A DNA stretch of 42,583 bases from Candidatus Omnitrophota bacterium (GTDB lineage: Bacteria; Omnitrophota; Gorgyraeia; 2-01-FULL-45-10; JBDRSA01). Shown in pieces: positions 24,901 through 30,213 of this stretch. Each line of letters starts with the position of its first letter. The first letter of the stretch is position 1. The stretch is from positions 1 through 42,583 of the forward strand of contig JBDRSA010000025.1 of assembly GCA_043825275.1 (NCBI GenBank). The letters are read 5' to 3'. The notes under the pieces were generated by a model. That model had not been told where the DNA came from. It made no database searches and worked only from the letters and a program-made list of their open reading frames with translations. The position numbers were made by a program, and so were the translations under genes.

Positions 24901-25575
24901 AGCCCCCAAGCCGTCGCTGCTGAGGTTGCTTCCGACATGAGGGAGCTTGAAGTCGACATGTTCCTCTCGAGCACCGAGATCGACTATAGCAAGGTCGCTA
25001 TTGTCGCCAAGCGCGGCCTCGCCCAGGACAAAGCGCGCGAGCATGAGGGCCTGATGCTTCTCGGCGAAACGCTCTGGTATGAATATAAAGTCATGAAGCA
25101 GAACCTCGTGAAGCTGATCGGTAAAGAGATCATCGAAGTCGATTCGACCGACGATCTTATCAGCGCCGTTGAAGAACTCATCGGTGACAAACCGGATGAA
25201 GGGTTCAGGGTTATCGTCCTCGATGACGGAACGTTGACCGGGAACCTGAGCGAAACAGATATCGCGAAAGGCACGAAAGGAAAACATTACTGTGTCATAT
25301 CCGCGCCGTTCGAGAAACTCGGCAAGAATTACGCGCAATTCGTCAATCTGAACGGCATGACGCTCATGGGCGTCGGCATTCTTTTCGATAAACTATCGCT
25401 ATTTGAACTGGCGTATAAAGTATTTCACGGCAAAAAACCGCCGAAGGATATTAAAGACCGATTCCTGAATAAGACCTTATGGATCATCAGCGTTCTGCCC
25501 CGAAGCGTCTGGTTCGATGCGGACGACTTCAAGAATCGGGTGGAGCTGCAGAAGCTCTTTCAAACCGCCGCGTAG
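12961..25575 (+). CDS. Giant mosaic protein G2 (about 4,204 aa from ATG 12961; the ORF track starts at TTG 12922)
   Basis: An uninterrupted 12.6-kb ORF. I prefer ATG 12961 (MMNKEQTV...), which is preceded by the purine-rich aaaaggaaaaaggaaa. The TTG-to-ATG stretch is part of the heptamer cassette and a poly-purine tract. Leader, HExxH block and C-terminal module are paralogous to G1. Confidence 0.9.
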   Translation: MMNKEQTVINRTMRRIQRIVSMILIPAFLLSNSVFAEVLIERASVATAVPYYISALLDEHKDDLKDLARGVTPVMDRNFVDRKEDFEKAWDLMCAERLALKIVSKIKQDEDRGSMADAERWLIRQIEDRADEYGMSAERKAFLVEAITREFRGEGADEDVIDAKEIFETRQVEDGGQASKGIEHSADASHQALGISRQEADDREQKTEDRGRDYRESPTGGKSRQTPVASFQEKQKINRERRTTHESEASASANRRRDGERSLPGGDAQRDGRKPYTVNRTPEARHSPSEDSDDPAAEEPDEEMGDFLDSLEVPLPQDQDFPIRILSSSFIKECELIREFGLKEETGAYIALYRYNGEPIGDLKTGGEFILKASIRPMAGMNALIGPTAGFHSKIGPSENVPDLYGVIDFGIEGRTVSGHKLYETAILKEFVEGPSLREYVMAMKTERSDSATEQQFLDLVTSVLRDYRDTYRINGWMNGDLDSRDIVVARARSGSGSRNVFIDNGTATEYGSDDPAAIARKRVVKALYCSFKRFMRLSEREPAEWCLPRDDGYSLTIALLDCLGLIADTPVDFQESGQHYIDVVESRVLSDIHSPQLIDRLKSVAAMREHVFTRIVRAHENNGRLEELAHVLNHYRKRFEDEDVFNALLRDVERIARGEPSLGPDRGLEGFGGAIERKSPSADISSEFIVHSSQITDSKEQELEDDQADDRTPKTEHREPKEPRRSSPSGDDKTEGPEREDSIDAIRDADTLSNYVDGLIADINDTQKDAQISFSDILASPEGYNESFFEPLYEILFRKLSRDFSGSEEFVEYCGRAIGQKGADILRVEMNGENLPLIGRIGGIRRNNNTKKASIELYGFLFFLLAREPKKYLARVYDEFMKTRPAEDIALGRRGISYHDRGDSVVHFYTKGVIFEGIVKPVYKKSLMPIYEHEKTVLEDRTGSDSAKKIGRALQYWQTQGYMPGNERLLERVKNFWKSTTVVELDMRTPLLFSDPDHNVVRSFHAGRTRRVLFFSKAYLDSLSIDSEADMKELAFWLSFGQRFIDMKDEMEAKGFDSRQIEQARSALSLLYFEDVFIKCQEDASLIDPLYIKDRCRRYMRQDTFIKYTTLLRETIEKEKEADALLRQADKTKAQEHYALAWFLYGKLLYKYDGMGLHSEAEKAYQNMTSATRECQLHNWGLLPYRVYMFDTFTALRFGKWPEFVEGLETFLTGKGYKRRMWREEANLLRNCLCGHEGIYRDFREVIERVIHSQMDAADTEVLSEITPHAERAFDLLKRFYEDGGPERCLEIDTLPTLPEGNNTEPKPDGSSDKKRRSPSGEEDSRQSTVRSPKIEKQDPRESPTGGDDRSGFIVHSSKLPTEKQDLRDSPTGGKSRQTPVASFQKKQKINREQRTTNESEAKRSLPGGDAQRDDRTPERRSPSADRHDSADAVEAASAAPDYREWLDRKVPSEWRDRLTPKQREFLTVYYQTDKVLETKKMSLFTKALLSLGVAGALGFPVFVVPSASSALTVAGLIFFMFVFIPTHEAGHYLAARAVNRASLRKTGRPVFSSIRYAWEGTFPQVRIEFADEFRQPKGFIDVIEWGPTVSLITSAAAFAITGLSIFFGWDIVSYFSSPTAYLTFAMFLFESFWRFGYSNDGSLSARTNKISRAFKKAKRSYSFLGEDPIHWGIEAEDFLIDAGDGIYWAVPEESWNETDLLADRVRVRARESLLRNRDVLFGMGQRRPDGAAIPDEPPENVSHIPFLSDTVRMDSIRYPMPFELSGELVKPDQGDREGKSSFIVRSVFNPSGRRYALYKVTDFPKELLHRSKGPEPSAGESARRSPSGEEISPESGARSREKKEDGYRANDEILDTRYKIQNPRTSPSAAIPPDADPAFFESSSPPYWMMGNDLIAKETKRLAAKLLDQASAERAGRPWSYEEIQKLLQTHPEITTKLQFEKAEYYHIPEIAAYANLALDEESRAFYDEAERIFKKIVHARSEEEILSLARHLKEINPRIAVVILKWLASTTEMHGSKYAAEERAARRFLRRFVNLFFGELGGREAINDYLVMAANMVQKARRERDLMPDEVAVVPVLTGGGTLRDFANTRLFFSVHRVRPLLFTRVMAQAYGVEEVDGRRRFTREGAEAVCEYLKLQEIIDDRIRHIVFLDVGQRGTIRELLTPILDKLSITSDLPVLYHGKYAEADRHLAHGLNDEPAWRPRDEELLWMAYILDDGFEKSIDVSNFVLEEKPRGRLPFFKLTNSLWFYRLVQERTQIAASGLPVYSRNLYDTWDYYRDEDENDPAFRHSPSGDDDAERKAQSLRPLRALGPEGAEQNLEARESAVSPSAAPDMEKINKAVKFAIDILKRDEEKRALRNTCKQHAPLLCYLLNRMGIDAEVSLVYYDNFMLREVHYCVKIPGQTPIYVDSLPEAHTHRISRDPGVGVILKPGDPDYELYVDGEKLAGQYSGGLANLTPGARMLFGVKEAEKEIDAFIARLTGRSSGSAAGEDEQPADDRTPETIHRKPEEPRRSSSGSDAARPDRDKALPDVPDDLLDRLPEREALIQIIRMVLDGRARGPRKLYGDQDRRFNVLRLWTLEGAAYQDIIGQVDFTYAAAREHKRRAIISLADWLAPYGVTRQEIKEVLKSIQKPQFLTMKLGDYRAWHVHYSNWVVGEAEAPDQIQFNKNDKEAWGQILALLRELHIVEPTFDEGTIIPRKDEHGYIIEIRDRNGEARHQYLTCFITGKMLNPVSSFGIVMRGSRQSELRLLLAGYGPADLLPALGDVKKSVLHLKGGDYQRVRLLKTPQGRSIYVTLSKRYTSDHIKPEISGESLADSAKTRITLYDPDTNEPVSDVIVWTDRKNWEWEDQRSDKYIDPSENGYIQWSAGQWRRYLAGSRRTPPRQDKIDTYPTPIQRSHRATSRVVRMLENEIDLGYEDECPYEQVKRCALKIPGDDRRFMGLWAPEVDPATTPPLVVLRLTGKTLINTLTIPAEYEIVTHETPVETAEKEPAQETVLEGPGKEVPPPVGRILKEEAPEEAAGEEKSAQEADAEAPGTAGDDLIHVSIGNAIRFDEDEIEQARNLTRRVSSKKRLAARSLSAQEQDIVDMVLQGASASGLTDLYLAAWSDLLKSAMIKLVTTDLRELPQAYAKYRKLFSGSAGAVGKKKPKKKTGRKKRHSPSGEEDSSEFGVGSSETKVRLSPEHQSASNQKASRESPSGKNSSRFKVQGSESAESIEEKTGEPVIRRLHRASDHSLIRRLQHVSNHPRTFRGGIFRGANRRTGELANRKAGQPKRRSPSGERLIIPDEYRSVGSEKFREIFGKEFGGLAPDAEQLASLLDRLNPAVFDIHRSVCDNNGREIYPYWCHPMSRVVAQVLKDRGFDVASGSSIVDAQEFGFNVVVVHHIIILQLSQGNVLLDYTADQYYKDADGNWLHIEPVIMPCAEAERGAFYGSVEKGAAMRLDERDRKLYEAINDALSGSEDRARGETPRESPSGEKSGSGFNVQSSKLPTAGHKPLTEYRKPVRESPSGEENRLSSRRKGTRKEELAQRRVKPLSDVVISNIDKGPVVAESELRELVESTEKFGGDWRNRIVTAMADPESVTLLARRHGRIVGFITGVEPDESDRELIGKRNAHYLLGIGVRPEEQDQRIATALFARYTKTLKRLGKYDSVALHTRDDRIFRIIARYQDRVIRTRRKHTDRGMQIVLSLGSDGPEKAKLQERKAPLRRRSPSAEGDSPELVVRSPDREFLVDKRISAEKEIYERFRRGDNSFIAFFDFDHSRHYFTTFGEMKMNRILTGGFLRALEFLEGEGVLVWPPLGFGCEEIGLLFPESMEKEEVLSLLVSAKEEIEKTTFPLKGTAVLQKIQKTVPLLGKARSESNQRVQQAWLEKEMRDYFSQMKRWKNKYGRRTIVDLDLEPPVVYKKISRNSPSAENGPRSNVQGPRPPEDSGAPKTVDRKPERGSPTGDDNKILDTRYQIRDPRRSLNADIDSPQAVAAEVASDMRELEVDMFLSSTEIDYSKVAIVAKRGLAQDKAREHEGLMLLGETLWYEYKVMKQNLVKLIGKEIIEVDSTDDLISAVEELIGDKPDEGFRVIVLDDGTLTGNLSETDIAKGTKGKHYCVISAPFEKLGKNYAQFVNLNGMTLMGVGILFDKLSLFELAYKVFHGKKPPKDIKDRFLNKTLWIISVLPRSVWFDADDFKNRVELQKLFQTAA
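13012..13115 (+). other. G2 N-terminal leader / signal-anchor
   Basis: RIVSMILIPAFLLSNSVFAEVLIERASVATAVPYY; see the G1 leader. Confidence 0.7.
13523..13833 (+). repeat. G2 linker cluster 1
   Basis: Heptamer arrays tagtcac caggcac taggtat cagtcgc and (NNacaga)x6. RESPTGG at 13603-13623. Cassette agtcgcc agacgcc agttgcc agtttcc ag at 13627-13656. ccgtaaa ccgtaca ccgtaaa ccgtaca follows. RHSPSED at 13813-13833. Confidence 0.8.
13925..14520 (+). other. G2 protein-kinase-like (RIO/Kdo-kinase-like) module
   Basis: ILKEFVEGPSL is hinge-like. GWMNGDLDSRDIVV (14395-14427) resembles the HGDLxxxNilv catalytic loop with N in place of H. VFIDNGTA (14467-14484) resembles the DFG/IDfg motif. Confidence 0.4.
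14992..15156 (+). repeat. G2 linker cluster 2
   Basis: RKSPSAD at 14992-15012. Cassette agttcag agttcat agttcat agttcac ag at 15016-15045. accgtac accgaaa accgaac accgtga accgaaa follows. RSSPSGD at 15136-15156. Confidence 0.8.
16909..17241 (+). repeat. G2 linker supercluster 3 (four motif copies)
   Basis: RRSPSGE 16909-16929, RESPTGG 16984-17004, RDSPTGG 17065-17085, RRSPSAD 17221-17241. Cassettes lie at 17011-17040 and 17089-17118. Confidence 0.85.
17390..17900 (+). other. G2 membrane block with HEAGH (M50/M50B-like intramembrane metalloprotease candidate)
   Basis: LIFFMFVFIPTHEAGHYLAARAV places HExxH (17545-17559) at the end of a TM helix, as in site-2 proteases. Further helices are LLSLGVAGALGFPVFVV, VSLITSAAAFAITGLSIFFGW and AYLTFAMFLFESFW. 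A downstream SNDGS could be the second metal-ligand motif. Confidence 0.5.
18433..18576 (+). repeat. G2 linker cluster 4
   Basis: RRSPSGE at 18433-18453. Cassette agtccgg agtccgg agcccgg agtcggg ag at 18460-18489. gatacta gatacta gatacaa gatacaa at 18522-18549. RTSPSAA at 18556-18576. Confidence 0.8.
19831..19962 (+). repeat. G2 linker cluster 5
   Basis: RHSPSGD at 19831-19851. gcagagcgcaaagcgcaaagc follows, then the near-palindrome cctccggcccttacgggccttaggcccggagg. The degenerate AVSPSAA is at 19942-19962. Confidence 0.7.
19975..20400 (+). other. G2 Cys-His-Asp module 1 (transglutaminase-like / papain-like fold candidate)
   Basis: TCKQHAPLLCYLLNRMGIDAEV (Cys codon 20050-20052), VHYCVKIP (His 20152-20154), IYVDS (Asp 20194-20196). 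Order and spacing resemble transglutaminase-like cysteine peptidases. Confidence 0.4.
20452..20523 (+). repeat. G2 linker cluster 6 (ADDRTPETIHRKPEEPRRSSSGS)
   Basis: Nucleotide-level copy of 15082-15156 (ADDRTPKTEHREPKEPRRSSPSGD). The motif is degenerate here, with the Pro lost. Confidence 0.7.
20575..20815 (+). other. G2 sigma-70 region-4-like / LuxR-like HTH segment (weak)
   Basis: LPEREALIQIIRMVL...RFNVLRLWTLEGAAYQDIIGQVDFTYAAAREHKRRAIISLADWL follows the L.erer.vl...eG.sy.eIa...s..tvk....RA...L pattern. Confidence 0.25.
22450..22824 (+). repeat. G2 linker supercluster 7
   Basis: RHSPSGE 22450-22470. Cassette 22477-22506 (agttcgg x4). RESPSGK 22561-22581. Cassette 22585-22614 (ggttcaa). 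Octamer array aaccggcg aaccggcg aactggca aaccggaa agccggtc aaccgaaa at 22756-22803. RRSPSGE 22804-22824. Confidence 0.85.
22840..23290 (+). other. G2 Cys-His-Asp module 2 (papain/transglutaminase-like candidate)
   Basis: YPYWCHPMSRVVAQVLKDRGFDVA (Cys 23017-23019), VVVHHIIILQ (His 23131-23133), VLLDYTADQY (Asp 23176-23178). The layout matches module 1. Confidence 0.4.
23392..23517 (+). repeat. G2 linker cluster 8
   Basis: RESPSGE at 23392-23412. ggttcag ggttcaa tgttcaa agttcaa ag at 23419-23448. aaaccgttaaccgaataccgtaaaccgg follows. RESPSGE at 23497-23517. Confidence 0.8.
23570..24060 (+). other. G2 GNAT-like N-acetyltransferase module
   Basis: RIVGFITGVEPD...HYLLGIGVRPEEQDQRIATALFARYTKTLKRLGKYDSVALHT fits GNAT motif A (V.P..rg.GiG..L......a...G...v.L.v). 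Confidence 0.5.
24109..24165 (+). repeat. G2 linker cluster 9
   Basis: RRSPSAE at 24109-24129, followed by gatagtccggagttggtagtccgtagcc (EGDSPELVVRSP). Confidence 0.8.
24180..24500 (+). other. G2 degenerate GGDEF-like (nucleotidyl-cyclase fold) module
   Basis: FDFDHSRHYFTTFGEMKMNRILTGGFLRALEFLEGEGVLVWPPLGFGCEEIGLLFPES aligns position for position with the DIDxFKxINDxFGHxxGDxVLxxxAxxL...RYGGEEF core as I recall it. The FG, IL and LR positions coincide. The signature is GCEEI instead of GG[DE]EF. Confidence 0.4.
24709..24894 (+). repeat. G2 terminal linker cluster 10
   Basis: RNSPSAE at 24709-24729. Cassette ggtccaa ggtccaa cgtccaa ggtccaa gg at 24733-24762. accgtagaccgtaaaccgg follows. RGSPTGD at 24811-24831. 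gatacta gatacta gatacca gatacga at 24840-24869. The degenerate RRSLNAD is at 24874-24894. Confidence 0.8.
24943..25572 (+). other. G2 C-terminal module shared with G1
   Basis: See the G1 entry at 12243-12893. It ends ...VELQKLFQTAA-stop. Confidence 0.8.
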
Positions 25576-25577
25576 TT

Positions 25578-25619
25578 TTGTCACTGACAACTGTCAACTG
25601 ACAACCGGCAACTAACAAG
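25578..25619. repeat. Six-unit heptamer array directly after the G2 stop
   Basis: ttgtcac tgacaac tgtcaac tgacaac cggcaac taacaag, starting 3 nt after the stop at 25573-25575. Confidence 0.75.
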
Positions 25620-25687
25620 AGGCCGGTAGACCGCCGCCATTGCCCTTGCCCCACAAGGAAGGCGGCCCTGCCGGCCTCTTATTTGTG
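25617..25687 (+). terminator. Long imperfect hairpin, terminator candidate for the giant-gene operon
   Basis: aagaggccgg (25617-25626) pairs perfectly with ccggcctctt (25671-25680). Inner pairs are ccgcc/ggcgg and ccttg/caagg. The T tract that follows is weak (atttgtg). Confidence 0.5.
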
Positions 25688-25832
25688 ACTTATTTGACAT
25701 AATAGGTCTGTCCTGTTTTGTCAAATAAGTCTATAACGCATGTTATCATGGCCAGTTGTGACTCATTGCCTATAACATAAGCTCGGTGACTTAGGCGACA
25801 AAACAGGACAGACCTATTATGTCGCCTAAGTT
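25685..25832. repeat. Twin 45-nt hairpin modules in inverted orientation with compensatory stem changes
   Basis: Hairpin 1: gacttatttgac (25687-25698), 21-nt loop, gtcaaataagtc (25720-25731). Hairpin 2: gacttaggcgac (25788-25799), 21-nt loop, gtcgcctaagtt (25821-25832). Loop 2 is the exact reverse complement of loop 1, giving a perfect 27-bp inverted repeat (25696-25722 / 25797-25823). Confidence 0.85.
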
Positions 25833-25911
25833 TGGTAGGAAAATGATCCTTGTGTCTGAGAGCCGGCATCTGACAGCTGGAAACTGATTCTCCTTGATTC
25901 GACGATGCCAT

Positions 25912-25940
25912 TTGTAGTATTCTATTTATGGTGATTATAG
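25912..25940 (+). promoter_or_regulatory. Weak sigma70-like promoter candidate for nagA-glmS
   Basis: TTGTAG (25912-25917), 17-nt spacer, TTATAG (25935-25940), 14 nt before the nagA ATG. No clear Shine-Dalgarno site. Confidence 0.25.
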
Positions 25941-25953
25941 CCTAAAGCCTATT

Positions 25954-27075
25954 ATGCAGCGAATCCTGATCCGGAACGGCGATATCATTCTTCCTAATGC
26001 GATCCTGCGGAAAGCGGATCTTTTGATCGAAGGCGGCAAGATCCGCTCCGTTACGCGGGCCTTTCCTTCGAGCATGCTCACGGGCAATGATCTGATCCTG
26101 AACGCGAGAGGCTCGTATGTAGCGCCCGGGTTCATCGATACGCACATTCACGGGGATCCGAAAGATATTTTTAAGAGGGAACTGAAGCGCGGGACGACAG
26201 CGATCCTTCCGGCGCTTTCCTGCTCCTCGCTGGCCGAACTTAACGCGAAAGTCGCGGCGATCGGGAATTTTATTAAAGAAGATCCGCTTGGCAGTAATGT
26301 TTTCGGGGTGCGGTTTGAAGGCGCGTTTATCAACCGGCTGAAGAGGGGGTCCCAGCGCCAGGAGTTTATTCAGCCGGCCAGCGTAAAGAGAGCCTCTTCG
26401 TTTTTGAAGCGCACGAGCGGCCTCTTAAGGGTGATCACCGTCGCTCCGGAGGTGACGAAAGCGCTGCCGGTCATCCGGTATTTCGCGAAACGGGGCGTGA
26501 TCGTCTCGCTCGGCCACACCGACGCGAATTACCGGGAGACACTGCGCGGGATCGACGCGGGAATAACGAACGTGACGCATCTTTTTAACGCGATGCGGCA
26601 GATCGACCGCCGGGAGCCGGGCGCCGCGGGAGCCGCGCTTACCGACGATCGCGTAACGGTCGAGGTTATCCTCGACGGAATCCATATTCATCCCGCGGTC
26701 TTTCGTATCGTGGTGATGAGCAAGGGCCTAAAAAATATCTGTCTGGTGACCGATTCGGTTGCCGCGGATATTCCGAGAACCGCGAAAAGAGAGGGCGCCG
26801 TTTTTCGTCTGAGGAACAGCGCGATCGCGGGCTCGGCGCTTTCGATGAACAGAGCGGTAGAGAACGCGGTTACATTCGGCAAGCTGACGATCCCTGAGGC
26901 GGTGCGGCTCGCGACGCTTAATCCCGCCAGGCACATGGGGGTCGATAAAGAGAAAGGAAGTTTATCCGTCGGCAAAGATGCCGATGTTGTCATATTCGAT
27001 AAAAAATTCAATGTAAAGACCACCATAGTACAAGGCGCCGTCGTCTATCAAAAACGCTCAACAAAGGGAGCATAA
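25954..27075 (+). CDS. nagA: N-acetylglucosamine-6-phosphate deacetylase
   Basis: 373 aa. Amidohydrolase signature APGFIDTHIHG; later GHTDA and HLFNAM motifs. Length and N-terminus (ILIRNGDIILPN...LLIEGGKI) are typical of NagA. Adjacent to glmS. Confidence 0.8.
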   Translation: MQRILIRNGDIILPNAILRKADLLIEGGKIRSVTRAFPSSMLTGNDLILNARGSYVAPGFIDTHIHGDPKDIFKRELKRGTTAILPALSCSSLAELNAKVAAIGNFIKEDPLGSNVFGVRFEGAFINRLKRGSQRQEFIQPASVKRASSFLKRTSGLLRVITVAPEVTKALPVIRYFAKRGVIVSLGHTDANYRETLRGIDAGITNVTHLFNAMRQIDRREPGAAGAALTDDRVTVEVILDGIHIHPAVFRIVVMSKGLKNICLVTDSVAADIPRTAKREGAVFRLRNSAIAGSALSMNRAVENAVTFGKLTIPEAVRLATLNPARHMGVDKEKGSLSVGKDADVVIFDKKFNVKTTIVQGAVVYQKRSTKGA

Positions 27076-27080
27076 AACGT

Positions 27081-28940
<1,860 letters not shown>

Positions 28941-28967
28941 TTAACTGGTTTACTGGTTAGCTGGTCT
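28941..28967. repeat. Octamer array directly after the glmS stop
   Basis: ttaactgg tttactgg ttagctgg, starting at the first nt after the stop (28938-28940) and running into MITE-like copy E2. Confidence 0.65.
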
Positions 28968-29112
28968 GTCATTGCGAGCCCCGCTTTGGCGGGGCGAAGC
29001 AATCTCCCGAGCGTAGCGAGGCGTTCTTTTAGTAATTCTGAACAGATTGCTTCGTCGCTCCCGGAGTTTACCCTGAACCCTACGTGGTTCAGGGGTCGCT
29101 TCTCGCAAAGAC
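28968..29112. repeat. MITE-like nested palindromic element, copy E2
   Basis: gtcattgcgag-ccccgctttggcgggg-cgaagcaatctcccgagcgtagcgaggcgttcttttagtaattctgaacagattgcttcgtcgc...ccctgaaccctacgtggttcagggg...ctcgcaaagac (degenerate right end). Confidence 0.8.
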
Positions 29113-29153
29113 GAGGCAAGTTTTACTCGATCAACATCAACCAAGAGTTTTGA

Positions 29154-29816
29154 ATGCCTGGAACATTATACATAGTAGCAACACCGATAGGAAATTTAAG
29201 CGACATAACCTTCCGCGCGGTTGAGACATTAAAGACCGCGGACCTGATCGCCTGTGAGGACACCCGCCACACGAAGATACTCCTCGATCGCTACTCGATC
29301 GACACGCCTACCGTAAGTTATTTTGAGCACAATAAGGTTAGGCGGGGCGAACAGTTGCTGCGAATGCTCAACGACGGCAAAAATATCGCTCTTGTTTCGG
29401 ACGCGGGAACACCCGGCATATCAGACCCGGGCTCGGCCATCATACGCTCCTGCATCGATCGCGGTATTCGGGTCATTCCTATTCCCGGGCCCTCGGCGCT
29501 CTTGACCGCCTTGGCCGCTTCGGGTAAGCCGACGCATAAGTTTGTCTACGAAGGGTTTCTTTCCAACAAGTCGACCGCGCGCAGAAAGCGGCTTGAGGTC
29601 CTGAAAACCGAGGAGAGGACCGTGGTCCTGTACGAATCTCCGCACCGGCTGCTCAAGCTCCTTGCGGATATCCTCGAGATCTATGGGGATGTGAAAATTG
29701 TCTGCGCCCGCGAGCTCACGAAGAAATTCGAGGAGATCAGGCGAGAGCCGGTTTCCGCGGCTTTAGAACATTTCAACTCAAACAAAGTGCGCGGCGAATT
29801 TATTATTATAATATAA
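29154..29816 (+). CDS. rsmI: 16S rRNA (cytidine1402-2'-O)-methyltransferase
   Basis: 220 aa. GTLYIVATPIGNLSDITFRAVETLKTADLIACEDTRHT and DAGTPGISDPG are characteristic of the RsmI / tetrapyrrole-methylase fold. Confidence 0.9.
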   Translation: MPGTLYIVATPIGNLSDITFRAVETLKTADLIACEDTRHTKILLDRYSIDTPTVSYFEHNKVRRGEQLLRMLNDGKNIALVSDAGTPGISDPGSAIIRSCIDRGIRVIPIPGPSALLTALAASGKPTHKFVYEGFLSNKSTARRKRLEVLKTEERTVVLYESPHRLLKLLADILEIYGDVKIVCARELTKKFEEIRREPVSAALEHFNSNKVRGEFIIII

Positions 29817-29857
29817 TATTACACAGATTCGCGCACCGTTCGCGCACTGTTTGCCAC

Positions 29858-29887
29858 TTGACAGTAGCGGGCCCTTTATGATATAGT
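29858..29887 (+). promoter_or_regulatory. Sigma70-like promoter of the pyr operon
   Basis: TTGACA (29858-29863), 18-nt spacer, TATAGT (29882-29887), with TG two nt upstream of the -10 element. Confidence 0.6.
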
Positions 29888-29906
29888 GGATCAATTGAAA
29901 CAACGA

Positions 29907-29939
29907 CCTTTTAATCCGGTCCCGAGAGGCTGGAAAAGG
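29907..29939 (+). promoter_or_regulatory. PyrR-binding loop (anti-antiterminator hairpin) in the pyr leader
   Basis: CCUUUU-AA-UCCGG-UCCCGAGAGG-CUGGA-AAAGG. The segment UCCCGAGAGGCU differs at one position from the PyrR box as I recall it (ARUCCAGAGAGGYU). The stem / internal-loop / stem layout matches, and pyrR is the first gene downstream. Confidence 0.7.
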
Positions 29940-29963
29940 AGATGCCCGAGATATGCCGAACAG

Positions 29964-30000
29964 ACCTTACTTGTCGACAAAACGATAGGTAGGGTTTTTT
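29964..30000 (+). terminator. Attenuator terminator of the pyr leader
   Basis: A 13-bp stem accttacttgtcg / cgataggtagggt (3 G-U pairs), loop acaaaa, followed by TTTTTT (29995-30000). Confidence 0.65.
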
Positions 30001-30005
30001 AATGA

Positions 30006-30058
30006 GCAGACGAGTTATATCGCAAGGCGGTATAACTCGTAGGCCGAAGGCCGTCTGC
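30006..30058 (+). other. Y-shaped structured element downstream of the attenuator
   Basis: The outer stem gcagac (30006-30011) / gtctgc (30053-30058) encloses the hairpin gagttata/tataactc (8 bp, 11-nt loop) and the hairpin ggcc-gaa-ggcc. Confidence 0.5.
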
Positions 30059-30112
30059 GAATTAATCCTGAGGAGCCGGCACGGTAGGCGTTGCGACGAA
30101 GGATCTAAAGGT

Positions 30113-30195
30113 AAAGAAAGCGAAGCGACGAGGGATCTCAACGAAGGAACAAAAAATCGAGATTGCTTCCCCCGCCAAGGCGGGGTCGCAATGAC
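30113..30195. repeat. MITE-like element, partial copy E3 (right half)
   Basis: cgaagcgacgagggatctcaacgaaggaacaaaaaatc-gagattgcttc-ccccgccaaggcgggg-tcgcaatgac. It ends 19 nt before the pyrR ATG. Confidence 0.7.
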
Positions 30196-30213
30196 AGACT
30201 ATGAGGAACACCC

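Noticed and set aside
27076-27080. glmS ribozyme upstream of glmS
   Set aside because: Only 5 nt separate the nagA stop from the glmS ATG, so there is no room for the roughly 170-nt ribozyme.
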